32,000 nt of DNA, from assembly GCF_000008465.1 (NCBI RefSeq), contig NC_006512.1, positions 2,130,001 through 2,162,000 on the forward strand, in the 5' to 3' direction. This DNA is from Idiomarina loihiensis L2TR (GTDB lineage: Bacteria > Pseudomonadota > Gammaproteobacteria > Enterobacterales > Alteromonadaceae). The notes under the pieces are model-generated. The model made no database searches. It was not told the DNA's origin and saw only the letters and a program-made list of their open reading frames with translations. The translations under genes and the position numbers were made by a program. Positions 8,116 through 16,854 of the stretch are shown one piece after another (within the stretch, counting starts at the first letter, position 1; each line of letters begins with the position of its first letter).

Positions 8116-9249
8116 ATGAGTCAATATACATCGCCGGAAATTCCGTCTCCTTGCTATGTGCTGGACGAAAAGCTGCTACGCAAGAACCTCGAGCTGATGC
8201 AAAAGGTACAGGAGCAAAGTGGTGCCGACATTATTCTGGCACTGAAAGGCTACGCCATGTGGTCAGCTTTTCCGCTTATTCGTCAGTATCTGAAAGGCTG
8301 CACAGCCAGTTCTGTCTGGGAGGCAAAGCTGGCAGCGGAGGAGTTTTCGCGCGAAGTTCATGCTTATGCGCCAGCTTATAAACAAGAAGACATCGACGAA
8401 CTGCTGCCGTTAGTGAATCACTTGTCTTTCAACAGTGTCTCTCAATGGCACAAGTACCGTGAACAGACAGCTGATGCCGGAGTTTCCGTTGGTCTGCGTA
8501 TTAACCCGGAGCATCAGGAAGCTGAAACTGAGCTTTATGATCCCAGCGCACCGGGCTCTCGTCTGGGTATTCGTGCCAGCGAACTTAATCAGCAGGACTT
8601 AACCGGCGTTGAAGGTTTGCACGTGCACAACCTGTGCGAGTGCGACTCTTTTGCCCTTGAGCGCACACTGGACGCCGTGGAAAACCGTTTTGGCGAACAG
8701 CTAAAACAAATGAAATGGTTGAATCTGGGTGGCGGACATCTCATGACCCGTCAGGGCTACGATGTTGATCATCTGATAAAACAGTTAAAGCGCCTGCGCG
8801 AAACCTACGACCTTCAAGTGATACTGGAGCCCGGCTCTGCCGTTGCCTGGCAAACCGGTCCGCTGGTCTGTGAAGTGGTGGATATTGTTGAGAACCAGGG
8901 GCAAATTGCTTTACTGGATATTTCAGCCACAGCGCATATGCCGGACGTGCTGGAAATGCCTTATCGCCCGGTCATTACCGGAGCAGGTTTACCAGCAGAA
9001 AAAGCCTTCAGTTATCGCTTAGGCGGCAACAGTTGCTTAGCCGGTGATGTTATCGGTGAGTACAGTTTTGATCAGCCGCTGGCTGTTGGCGACCGCCTGG
9101 TGTTTGAGGACATGATGCATTACACCATGGTGAAAACGTCTTTCTTTAACGGTGTTCAACACCCAGCCATTGGTATTTTGCGGGAGAATGGACAGTTCGA
9201 TTGTGTACGACAATTTAGCTACGAAGATTTCCGCAATCGCTTGTCTTAA
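8116..9249 (+). CDS. nspC: Carboxynorspermidine/carboxyspermidine decarboxylase
   Basis: Group IV PLP decarboxylase fold with motifs ILALKGYAMW (PLP Lys region), LNLGGGH and ILEPGSAV, and C-terminal CLAGDVIG. It starts 15 nt downstream of the dehydrogenase gene. Confidence 0.9.
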   Translation: MSQYTSPEIPSPCYVLDEKLLRKNLELMQKVQEQSGADIILALKGYAMWSAFPLIRQYLKGCTASSVWEAKLAAEEFSREVHAYAPAYKQEDIDELLPLVNHLSFNSVSQWHKYREQTADAGVSVGLRINPEHQEAETELYDPSAPGSRLGIRASELNQQDLTGVEGLHVHNLCECDSFALERTLDAVENRFGEQLKQMKWLNLGGGHLMTRQGYDVDHLIKQLKRLRETYDLQVILEPGSAVAWQTGPLVCEVVDIVENQGQIALLDISATAHMPDVLEMPYRPVITGAGLPAEKAFSYRLGGNSCLAGDVIGEYSFDQPLAVGDRLVFEDMMHYTMVKTSFFNGVQHPAIGILRENGQFDCVRQFSYEDFRNRLS

Positions 9250-9277
9250 ACACAAATAAGCTTTCGCAGTTCAAATC

Positions 9278-9320
9278 AAAGGCCACTTAGTCCTATATAC
9301 TCTAATCAAGTGGCCTTTTT
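9278..9320. terminator. Bidirectional intrinsic terminator between convergent nspC and the Sel1-repeat gene
   Basis: AAAGGCCACTT (9278-9288) pairs with AAGTGGCCTTT (9308-9318), an 11-bp stem with a 19-nt loop. It is followed by TTGCTTTCTC on the + strand. The 3' arm overlaps the last codons of the Sel1 gene. Confidence 0.6.
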
Positions 9321-9928
9321 GCTTTCTCAACCACCGAAGGTGGCATTCTCTCAGCCAGCTTTGCAAGCTTCTGTTCAATATCCGCATAAGTCCGCTTATC
9401 AGCGGTAATTGAATTATGCAGCCAATGATAAGCTTTTTCATAATCATAAGGGCTGCCTTCATCGGCCAGCAGAATATCGGCAAAGCGTCGTTGCGCAGGC
9501 AAATTTCCTAACGATGCGGCTTCACGAAGGTACAGAATGGCACGCTCAATGTCTTTTTGCACCAAAACCCCTTCATGGTAATAGCGACCTAACTGCTCCA
9601 GAGCTTCCAGTAAGCCATGCTGAGCTGCTTTCTCCATATACAGCAGGCCAAGTTCGGGGTCACGGTCATAACACACACCCCAGGCCATCATGTCGCCATA
9701 AAGAAACTGATAAGTCGGTCGGCGCTCAAGCTCGGCCTGAGCTTCAATATCCTGTGCCAACTGGCAGCGATCGGTATCGCGTACCCGTTTCAGATGCGCA
9801 TTAGTTGCAAACATCTCAACCAGTTCCGCGTCTGAATATAACTGTACCGCTTCAACATCCTGCGCCTGCGCCTTGTGCATAGCGGTCAATCCGGCTACAG
9901 CAATCAGCATTGGAATGACTATCTTCAT
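9302..9928 (-). CDS. Secreted/periplasmic Sel1-repeat (TPR-like) protein, function unknown
   Basis: Signal peptide MKIVIPMLIAVAGLTAMHKAQAQ. Repeated Sel1-like units (..AAQHGLLEALEQLGRYYHEGVLVQKDIERAILYLREAASLGNLPAQRRFADILL..). It begins only 37 nt downstream of coaX on the same strand. Confidence 0.7.
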   Translation of the reverse strand: MKIVIPMLIAVAGLTAMHKAQAQDVEAVQLYSDAELVEMFATNAHLKRVRDTDRCQLAQDIEAQAELERRPTYQFLYGDMMAWGVCYDRDPELGLLYMEKAAQHGLLEALEQLGRYYHEGVLVQKDIERAILYLREAASLGNLPAQRRFADILLADEGSPYDYEKAYHWLHNSITADKRTYADIEQKLAKLAERMPPSVVEKAKRPLD

Positions 9929-9965
9929 AAAGTTGCCTGTGGTCTCTCTGAATATACCTAAAAGC

Positions 9966-10754
9966 TTAACTGTTTAGGTTATCGGCACAGAGTCGCAAAC
10001 CCTTAAACAACAAATCGTCATAACGACAGAATTCAACCGACAAGGTTCGCATCAAATGCTCACCGTCACCACCGGTGACCACCACATCAAAAGGCTGGTC
10101 AGAAAAATAGCGGCCGGACAACTGAATCGCTTGTGCAATAGCACCGGTTAAAGCCGCTTCAGCCCCTTGGGTAATACCATCAAAAGTATCCAGCCCGGCA
10201 GCTAAACCATCACGCTCAATATCATTTACCGTAATGCCCTTTAAATTAGCCGTACCCTGACCCAAGGCATTTAGCATTAACTGTCGTCCGGGAACAATCC
10301 AGCCGCCAAGATGACGGCCATCAGCCATCAACCAGTCAATGGTCAGCGCAGTACCCGCATCGACAATCAGTGCGTTCTGTTTCACTTGCTCATGACAACC
10401 GAGTAAGGCCATCCAGCGATCCGAGCCGAGGCGCTCAGGTTCTTTAGTGTAACCATTAGTAACCCCTGCTTGCTGTGCTCTGGTTTTTTGCCAGAAAACT
10501 TTTATACCCAGTTCCGCCAGCGAGCTATTTAACGTATCCATCACCTGAACAGCGGCTACACTGCAACCAATGGCCTGTTGCTCTCGTTCTAGCTGGCGAG
10601 AGCTTACAACCTCAAGTAACAAATCTTTTAGCGGCTGACTTAAATCGTTTAGCCAGCTTTGATGAGGAATCGCACCCAGAATCTCAATTTTGTCGGTGTC
10701 AGCATCCCACCATGCAAATTTGCTGCGAGTATTGCCCGCATCAATTAGTAGCAT
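9966..10754 (-). CDS. coaX: Type III pantothenate kinase
   Basis: N-terminal MLLIDAGNTRSKF (ASKHA phosphate-1 motif), internal LIVDAGTALTID, C-terminal VVVTGGDG. The start overlaps the birA 3' end by 14 nt. Confidence 0.9.
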   Translation of the reverse strand: MLLIDAGNTRSKFAWWDADTDKIEILGAIPHQSWLNDLSQPLKDLLLEVVSSRQLEREQQAIGCSVAAVQVMDTLNSSLAELGIKVFWQKTRAQQAGVTNGYTKEPERLGSDRWMALLGCHEQVKQNALIVDAGTALTIDWLMADGRHLGGWIVPGRQLMLNALGQGTANLKGITVNDIERDGLAAGLDTFDGITQGAEAALTGAIAQAIQLSGRYFSDQPFDVVVTGGDGEHLMRTLSVEFCRYDDLLFKGLRLCADNLNS

Positions 10755-11736
10755 CTTGCGCCCTCAATGAAACTTCACCACCAAAATAACGACGTACGCC
10801 CTGCTCATCTTCTACCAGTAACGCACCATTTTCGTCGATTCCACGACAGGTTCCTAAACAAACTCTCTGCCCCATAATGAGCTTCACCGGCTTGTCCAAA
10901 AAGCAGTCGTAGCGGCGCCAGCTTTGCTGAAACGCAGCCAGCCCGTGTTGCTCGTATTGCTGTAAAGCCGACAGTACAGAGGCACGTACCTGCGCCGCAA
11001 TATGATTACGCGACATTGGCTGCGGCAATTCGGAGTTCAGATCCGTCCAGGCCTGATCAATGCTCGCACCAACATGCTCTGGCATGGTTAAATTAATGCC
11101 AATGCCAATAATGCTGTGCGCAGCGCCTTCCGGCGAGGTTTCAAGATCGACCAGTATTCCGGTCACTTTCTTCCCGCGAATATAAACATCGTTAGGCCAT
11201 TTTACGCTAACGCCTTCAATACCCAGGTCGGTAAAACATTCCGCTAAGGCGACCCCAGCCGCAAGGCTTAACCCCATGGCGCCATGAATACCTTCATCCA
11301 AAGGCCAATACACACTAAAGTAAAGGTTATTGCCAAAGGGCGAAATCCATTTTTTTCCACGACGCCCACGTCCGGCGGTCTGAGCTTCGGCGAAAATAGA
11401 AAAACCCGCTTCTAAAGGCCCTTCTTTGGCCAGTTCTTTAACCCGGTCATTGCTGGAATCAACCACCGACTTCACTTCAAACTCCGGCGACTGCCGCCAC
11501 TTTTCCGGGCTTTCATTTTCAATAACCCTGGCCTGCAAAAGCTCAATCGGCCAGGCAAGCTTATAGCCTCGCCCGGTAACCGAAAACAGCTCCAACCCAA
11601 GCTCTTCTAGTTTATGAATGTGCTGGTTTACCGCTGCCCGAGATATAGCCAGAGACTCACCAATAGCCTGCCCGGAATGAAACTCACCATTAGCCAGTAA
11701 AGTAATTAACTGATCAAGACGTTCCGCCTGCTTCAT
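10741..11736 (-). CDS. birA: Bifunctional biotin-[acetyl-CoA-carboxylase] ligase / biotin operon repressor
   Basis: N-terminal wHTH (GQAIGESLAISRAAVNQHIHKLEELG). Biotin-binding loop QTAGRGRRGKKW. KWPNDVY motif. ATGA overlap with the murB stop (11733-11736). Confidence 0.9.
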   Translation of the reverse strand: MKQAERLDQLITLLANGEFHSGQAIGESLAISRAAVNQHIHKLEELGLELFSVTGRGYKLAWPIELLQARVIENESPEKWRQSPEFEVKSVVDSSNDRVKELAKEGPLEAGFSIFAEAQTAGRGRRGKKWISPFGNNLYFSVYWPLDEGIHGAMGLSLAAGVALAECFTDLGIEGVSVKWPNDVYIRGKKVTGILVDLETSPEGAAHSIIGIGINLTMPEHVGASIDQAWTDLNSELPQPMSRNHIAAQVRASVLSALQQYEQHGLAAFQQSWRRYDCFLDKPVKLIMGQRVCLGTCRGIDENGALLVEDEQGVRRYFGGEVSLRAQDATN

Positions 11737-12734
11737 TTCTCTACCGCCAACTGCACAAGGCCATGTTGGCCCACCAGACGAACTTCAGGTTCCAGCATAA
11801 TGCCACTGGCATCCGCCACTTGTTTCATAATTTTCAGTGCCAGTTGCGTAATATCACTGCCCGTGGCCTGTGCTTTATTAATCAGTACCAATGCCTGATG
11901 CGGGTTAACAGCAGCATCGCCGACAAACGCAGACTTCAGACCTAAATGCTCAATAAGCCACCCAGCCGCCACTTTCACATGGTTATCGGCTACCGGGAAA
12001 TAGACCATGTCCGGCCATTTCTGCAACAGCCCATCAAGCTGCGCTTTGTTAATAACCGGGTTTTTAAAAAAGCTGCCTGCATTGGGTATAACTTTTGGGT
12101 CCGGCAGTTTTTTCTGACGCACTTCCACAACCGTATCGAAAATTTTCTGGGCACTCACATGCCCCTGAAGTTGGTTCAACGGAGCATAGTGAGTAACCGG
12201 TTGCCAGTCTTTGGGCAAGCGAAACACCACCGAAGTTATCAACCAACGCCCAGGGTGTTGCTTGAATACACTGTCGCGATACGCGAACTGGCAGGCTTCT
12301 TTATTCATAGAAACCCAGCACTTTTCTTTAATATCCCAGGCGGTTACCTGCTCAATAAAGGTTGACACCTCGACACCATATGCCCCGACATTCTGTACCG
12401 GAGCAGCACCAACTGAGCCCGGAACTAGCGCTAAGTTCTCCAGCCCGTCGATACTTCTTGCGCGTAAGTCAGCAACAAAGTTATGCCAGTTCTCGCCTGC
12501 TGCGGCAGTAATTAAATACGAGCTTTCCTGTTCTTCAATACAGACACCCAGTAGCCGGTTGCAAATGACGGTTCCATAAAAGTCATCAACAAATAAGGTG
12601 TTACTGCCCTCACCAAGCAAATAATAAGGTTCTTCAAATGCTAACTGCTCAACGTCGTCGCTGCTTTTCAGTTCAATTAACGCACGGCATTGTGCCGGGA
12701 GTTTAAATGAGTGTCGCTCGGCAAGCTCTATCAA
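11733..12734 (-). CDS. murB: UDP-N-acetylenolpyruvoylglucosamine reductase
   Basis: Collinear with E. coli MurB: GEGSNTLF, GLENLALVPGSVGAAPVQNVGAYGVE, YRDSVFK, KLPDPKVIPNAGSFFKNP, AAGWLIE, LEPEV. The start is TTG at 12734-12732 and forms a TTGA overlap with the crbS stop. A strong SD, GGGAGGAG, lies 6-7 nt upstream inside crbS. Confidence 0.9.
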   Translation of the reverse strand: MIELAERHSFKLPAQCRALIELKSSDDVEQLAFEEPYYLLGEGSNTLFVDDFYGTVICNRLLGVCIEEQESSYLITAAAGENWHNFVADLRARSIDGLENLALVPGSVGAAPVQNVGAYGVEVSTFIEQVTAWDIKEKCWVSMNKEACQFAYRDSVFKQHPGRWLITSVVFRLPKDWQPVTHYAPLNQLQGHVSAQKIFDTVVEVRQKKLPDPKVIPNAGSFFKNPVINKAQLDGLLQKWPDMVYFPVADNHVKVAAGWLIEHLGLKSAFVGDAAVNPHQALVLINKAQATGSDITQLALKIMKQVADASGIMLEPEVRLVGQHGLVQLAVEK

Positions 12735-15700
12735 CTTCTGGCTCCTCCCGCCTTTCGGGTACTAATGTATTTTAAAAATGCTTTTAATGCGGCAGGTTTA
12801 GCGGGTTTAGGTAAAAACTGCAGCCCGCTTTTGCGGGCCGCCTGCTTCACGGCATCGTCACGCATCGCTGTCACCAAAGCAGCCGGTATCTGTTGCTGCC
12901 AAATATCACGTAGTTCCTGCGCCAACTGCAAGCCGTCACCGTCACCTAACTGGTAATCTAATAACAGTCCGTGCGGCGCTTTGTTCTGGCTGTGAGCCTT
13001 AGCATAGGCTAAAGCTTTGCTATAACGATTAAATGTCAGGGCTTCGCACCCCCACTTATTCAGCAGCGCACTCAACGCACTTAAATTTTCATTGTCGTCA
13101 TCGACCACAATAAGCTGTAAAGGATCAGATAAAGCATCTTCCAGTTGTTTTTTCGGTCGGCTGACAACCTGAGCAGCATTGCCTAACGGCACTCGTACCG
13201 AAAAACACGAGCCTTTACCTTCAACCGACTCAACCTGTACGTCACAGTTTAACTGCTCACCCATACGTTGCGCGACACTTAATCCAAGGCCGACACCGTC
13301 TACGGTTTGGTTCTGCACTCGATAAAATGCATCAAATACCTTATTTTGCTGCTGCGCTGCAATGCCCGGCCCGGTATCCCACACGGCTATCTGAAGCTCA
13401 TCTCCGCGTTTGCGCACGCCCAACAGCACGCTGCCCCTTTGGGTGTATTTTATGGCATTAGACAAAAAGTTCTGCACAATTCGGCGCAAATACGTTGGGT
13501 CGGTATACACCGGCCGGTCTTTATAGAACGCACGAAAATCCAGCTTTCGTTGCTCTGCCAGCACTGCATATTCTTCAACCAAAGGCTCCAATAATGAGCT
13601 AAGTTGCACATGCCGGAACTGCGGTTTTAAAGCCCCCTGATCCATTTTTGCTATCGACAATAAAGTAGAGAGTAAATGCTCTGTTGAACCAAGCGCGGTG
13701 TCCAGCTTGCCAACCAGAGACAAATTCCGCTCCGAAAGTTCTTTCTCCTGAATAGCCGAAAGGTACAACCGCGCCGCATTAAGAGGCTGCAAAATATCAT
13801 GACTGGCCAACGCCAGAAAACGTGTTTTAGAAGCATTAGTCGCTTCCGCTTCAGCCTTGGCTTTTTTCAGCTCGTCCTCAACTTGCCGGCGCCTGTCTAT
13901 TTCCGCTGTCAGCTCCTGGTTTATCTCGCGTATTTCCTGGGTCCGAACGTCAACCCGCTGTTCCAGATCAATATTGGCATCTTCCAGTGCCTGCTGGGTT
14001 TCAACGTGCGAAGTAATGTCGGTAAAGCTGGTAACGAAGCCTCCGGTCGGCAAAGGGTTACCTACCATTTCTATAACCCGGCCATCGGCGCGCCGGCGAA
14101 TAAACCGGTGTGCCGATCCCAGCTGCATATAGCGCAAACGCTTATTCACCAACCCGTCAACGTCACCGGGACCACATTCTCCGCGCTCTGCGTTATAACG
14201 AATAAGGGTCGCTATGGGCTGTCCGGGTTTCACCATGCCCTCAGGGTACTGGAATAAATCCATATAGCGTTTATTCCAGGCCACCAGCCTCAGCTCCGCG
14301 TCAACAACACTAATGCCCTGAGCCAGGTTCTCCAGTGAGCTAAACAAAATAGATTGCTGAGTTTGCAGAGCTTGCGTTGTATCGTCAAAGAAGTGAACAA
14401 CTTCTTCTAAATTTAGCTGCTTATCGCGCAGTGCAGCATCGACAAGAGAGCGCGCCGTGGCAGAGCCAAGTACACCAGCTATCGCTCTTTCCACAAAACT
14501 GATAAAGGTTTTTTCAGCCACACCTTCCAGCGGAAGCTCAGTGTTTTCCGGACGCTGATAATACTGCATTAACTGCTGAGCCCGTTCCGCCCCTAAAAAG
14601 GTCCTTAACAGCAACAACATATCGGCATTGGTAGCACTGTCGTTTTTGTTGAAATGCAAATCGGGTAAAGCGGCTCGGGGTTTAACAAAAGCCGTTGCCT
14701 GAATACGATCAACCAGACGTGGTTTTGCCAACAATGAAAATACAATGAACCCGAAGCAATTTAAGGCTAAAGAAACCACAGTACCGCGGGTTATTATTTC
14801 CACATCGGTCAGTTGCAAGTCGGTGTAAAGTGGTATTAGTACCGCTAAAACCCAGCCGACTGAACCTGCAGCCAACCCGGCGTAAACACCCCGCGCGTGG
14901 CCTTTACGCCAATACAGAGCGGCCAGCAACGCCGGCAGCAACTGCAACACCAACGAGAACGCCAACAAACCAATACTGACCAGGTTAGTCCGGGCTGCCC
15001 AGAAGTAATAACACAAGAACGACAGCACCATAGTAACGGCAATAGCCACACGCCGAATTAATAGTAAGGCCCGGTCGTATTCACGACGCCGATGTTTTAG
15101 CGGCAAGCGCGACTCGCGCTGCAGCAAAATGGGCATGATAACGTCGTTAGTTATCATGGTGCTTAAGGTTACGGACGCGATAATCACCATGGCTGTTGCT
15201 GCGGATATACCACCAATAAAAATAACCAGTGATAACCAAAGCTGGTCTTTGAGTAACGGCAGTTGCAGCGCAAACGTTGAACCGTCGGTGGTTGCTGACA
15301 AATAGAAAGTTCCTGCAATAGCAATGGGGACAATTGCGGCAGCGGTCAGCGCCAGATACAGAGGAAAGCCCCAACGAGCCGTGCGTAAATGCCGGACATC
15401 AACATTGTCCACTACCGCCACATGAAACTGTCTGGGTAAACACAAAATTGCCCCGGCCGCCATCAGGGTTTGTACAATGAACTCAAACTCGCCAAAGGCT
15501 GCAAATGACCACTGAGGTTTCGTTGCGTCACTGAATGAACTGAATAAGTCCGATTGCGCGTCTCCCTGAATCAGGAACCAGGCAAAAACACCAGCTGCCA
15601 GCAATGCAACCAGTTTGATCATCGACTCAACAGCAATAGCCAGTATCATGCCACTGCGATATTCAGTGACTTCGACGTGGCGGGTACCAAACAACATAGC

Positions 15701-16204
15701 AAAAATTGCCATTAGCGCAGCAGCACCCAGTTCTTTTATCGAAAACTGTGCCATCACTCCAGAGCTTTCAGTCAGAACCGCAAAGCTAATGCCCACAGCT
15801 TTTAACTGAAGCGCAATGTAAGGAATAATAGCAACGGCAGCAATGGCGGTAACAGCCACGGCAAGCCGGCGGCGTTTACCAAAGCGGGAAGAAATAAAGT
15901 CGGCTATTGAAGTAATATTTTGTTGTTTACTAACCGAAACCAGCTTTTCCAGAATTCGGATACCAAACAAGAACAGCAAAATTGGCCCGAGCAAAATAGG
16001 AAAGAACGCCCAACCGTCAACTGCTGCATTACCCACAGCGCCGTAATACGTCCAGGACGTGCAGTAGATGGCCAGCGACATAGAGTAGACAACTGGCTTG
16101 TGACTGATTTTATTCGCCCACGAGCCTAAACGGTCGCCCCAGGTGGCAACTGCGAAGAGGAAAATCACATAAGCCAGCGAGGCAAATATCAGTAACCAGG
16201 TCAT
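12731..16204 (-). CDS. crbS: Hybrid sensor histidine kinase with N-terminal sodium:solute symporter (SSS) domain, CrbS-type
   Basis: The first 500 aa or so are polytopic and SSS-like. A PAS region follows (LAQGISVVDAELRLVAWNKRYMDLF). H-box FLALASHDILQPLNAARLY. HATPase N/G boxes (QNFLSNAIKYT, DTGPGI, GVGLGL). C-terminal REC (LIVVDDDNENL...LLLDYQLGDGDG). It is paired with a LuxR-type RR and sits adjacent to acs, which is the CrbS/R hallmark rather than CbrA/B. Confidence 0.8.
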   Translation of the reverse strand: MTWLLIFASLAYVIFLFAVATWGDRLGSWANKISHKPVVYSMSLAIYCTSWTYYGAVGNAAVDGWAFFPILLGPILLFLFGIRILEKLVSVSKQQNITSIADFISSRFGKRRRLAVAVTAIAAVAIIPYIALQLKAVGISFAVLTESSGVMAQFSIKELGAAALMAIFAMLFGTRHVEVTEYRSGMILAIAVESMIKLVALLAAGVFAWFLIQGDAQSDLFSSFSDATKPQWSFAAFGEFEFIVQTLMAAGAILCLPRQFHVAVVDNVDVRHLRTARWGFPLYLALTAAAIVPIAIAGTFYLSATTDGSTFALQLPLLKDQLWLSLVIFIGGISAATAMVIIASVTLSTMITNDVIMPILLQRESRLPLKHRRREYDRALLLIRRVAIAVTMVLSFLCYYFWAARTNLVSIGLLAFSLVLQLLPALLAALYWRKGHARGVYAGLAAGSVGWVLAVLIPLYTDLQLTDVEIITRGTVVSLALNCFGFIVFSLLAKPRLVDRIQATAFVKPRAALPDLHFNKNDSATNADMLLLLRTFLGAERAQQLMQYYQRPENTELPLEGVAEKTFISFVERAIAGVLGSATARSLVDAALRDKQLNLEEVVHFFDDTTQALQTQQSILFSSLENLAQGISVVDAELRLVAWNKRYMDLFQYPEGMVKPGQPIATLIRYNAERGECGPGDVDGLVNKRLRYMQLGSAHRFIRRRADGRVIEMVGNPLPTGGFVTSFTDITSHVETQQALEDANIDLEQRVDVRTQEIREINQELTAEIDRRRQVEDELKKAKAEAEATNASKTRFLALASHDILQPLNAARLYLSAIQEKELSERNLSLVGKLDTALGSTEHLLSTLLSIAKMDQGALKPQFRHVQLSSLLEPLVEEYAVLAEQRKLDFRAFYKDRPVYTDPTYLRRIVQNFLSNAIKYTQRGSVLLGVRKRGDELQIAVWDTGPGIAAQQQNKVFDAFYRVQNQTVDGVGLGLSVAQRMGEQLNCDVQVESVEGKGSCFSVRVPLGNAAQVVSRPKKQLEDALSDPLQLIVVDDDNENLSALSALLNKWGCEALTFNRYSKALAYAKAHSQNKAPHGLLLDYQLGDGDGLQLAQELRDIWQQQIPAALVTAMRDDAVKQAARKSGLQFLPKPAKPAALKAFLKYISTRKAGGARS

Positions 16205-16833
16205 AATTGCAGACGTTCAGCCACCAAAACTGCCTGGGTACGACTGTACACTCCCAGTTTGCGGAAAATTGCCGTAATGTGTGCTTTGACTGTTGCTTCA
16301 GTAATGCCCAGTTGATAGGCAATTTGTTTGTTCAGCAAGCCTTCATGAAGAAAGTGCAAAACCCGGTACTGCTGCGGGGTAAGCTCCGAAACCTTTTGTG
16401 CAAGCTGCTGATCTTCGTCCGAAATCACATCGAGACGTTCTCTGTTTTCTTTCGGAACCCAGGTGTCGCCCTGCAGGATGGTATCTATTGCTTCGGCTAT
16501 TTCTGCAGAGGGTAATGATTTTGGAATAAAGCCCAAAGCCCCAAAGCCAATGCACTTGGCCACAATCGAGGAATCCTCACTACCGGAGATGATGGCAACA
16601 GGAAGCAGCGGATAGTCTTCTCTGACACGAATAAGACCATACAAGTCACCACTGCCGGGCATGTGTAAGTCCAGCAGCAATAAATCGACATCGTCGTCGT
16701 TATTCAGTGCAGTCAGAGTTGAGTCTAAGTCTTCAGCTTCGCGTAAGGTCAGCTCAGAAAAGTGATTCGCGAGAGCGCCCTGCAGCGCCTCGCGAAACAA
16801 TGGGTGGTCATCTGCGATTAAAAATTTCGCCAT
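16201..16833 (-). CDS. crbR: NarL/LuxR-family response regulator, CrbR-type
   Basis: REC domain (KFLIADDHPLFREAL, LLLLDLHMPG) plus a C-terminal LuxR HTH (LTPQQYRVLHFLHEGLLNKQIAYQLGITEATVKAHITAIFRKLGV). 4-nt overlap with the crbS start. Confidence 0.78.
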   Translation of the reverse strand: MAKFLIADDHPLFREALQGALANHFSELTLREAEDLDSTLTALNNDDDVDLLLLDLHMPGSGDLYGLIRVREDYPLLPVAIISGSEDSSIVAKCIGFGALGFIPKSLPSAEIAEAIDTILQGDTWVPKENRERLDVISDEDQQLAQKVSELTPQQYRVLHFLHEGLLNKQIAYQLGITEATVKAHITAIFRKLGVYSRTQAVLVAERLQL

Positions 16834-16854
16834 GAGATTCCAGATTAAGTGACA

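Noticed and set aside
12813-12838. Terminator-like hairpin inside the crbS 3' end on the - strand: GCCCGC-AAAA-GCGGGC followed by TGCAGTTTTT, about 90 nt before the murB start.
   Set aside because: Six-bp stems occur by chance dozens of times in a window this size, and this one lies in coding sequence (ARKSGLQFL). I also could not find a credible promoter between it and murB, which an insulating terminator would require. It is worth re-examining only if Term-seq shows 3' ends there.
13799-14257. A 152-aa ORF on the + strand, together with similar long antisense ORFs at 7294-7674, 9409-9804, 11946-12365 and 12211-12579.
   Set aside because: All are fully nested antisense to genes with unambiguous family motifs. 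Their translations are Arg/Cys/Phe/Leu-rich and low in information. None has an SD or an intergenic promoter. One or two stop-free antisense stretches of this length are expected in 32 kb of dense coding sequence.
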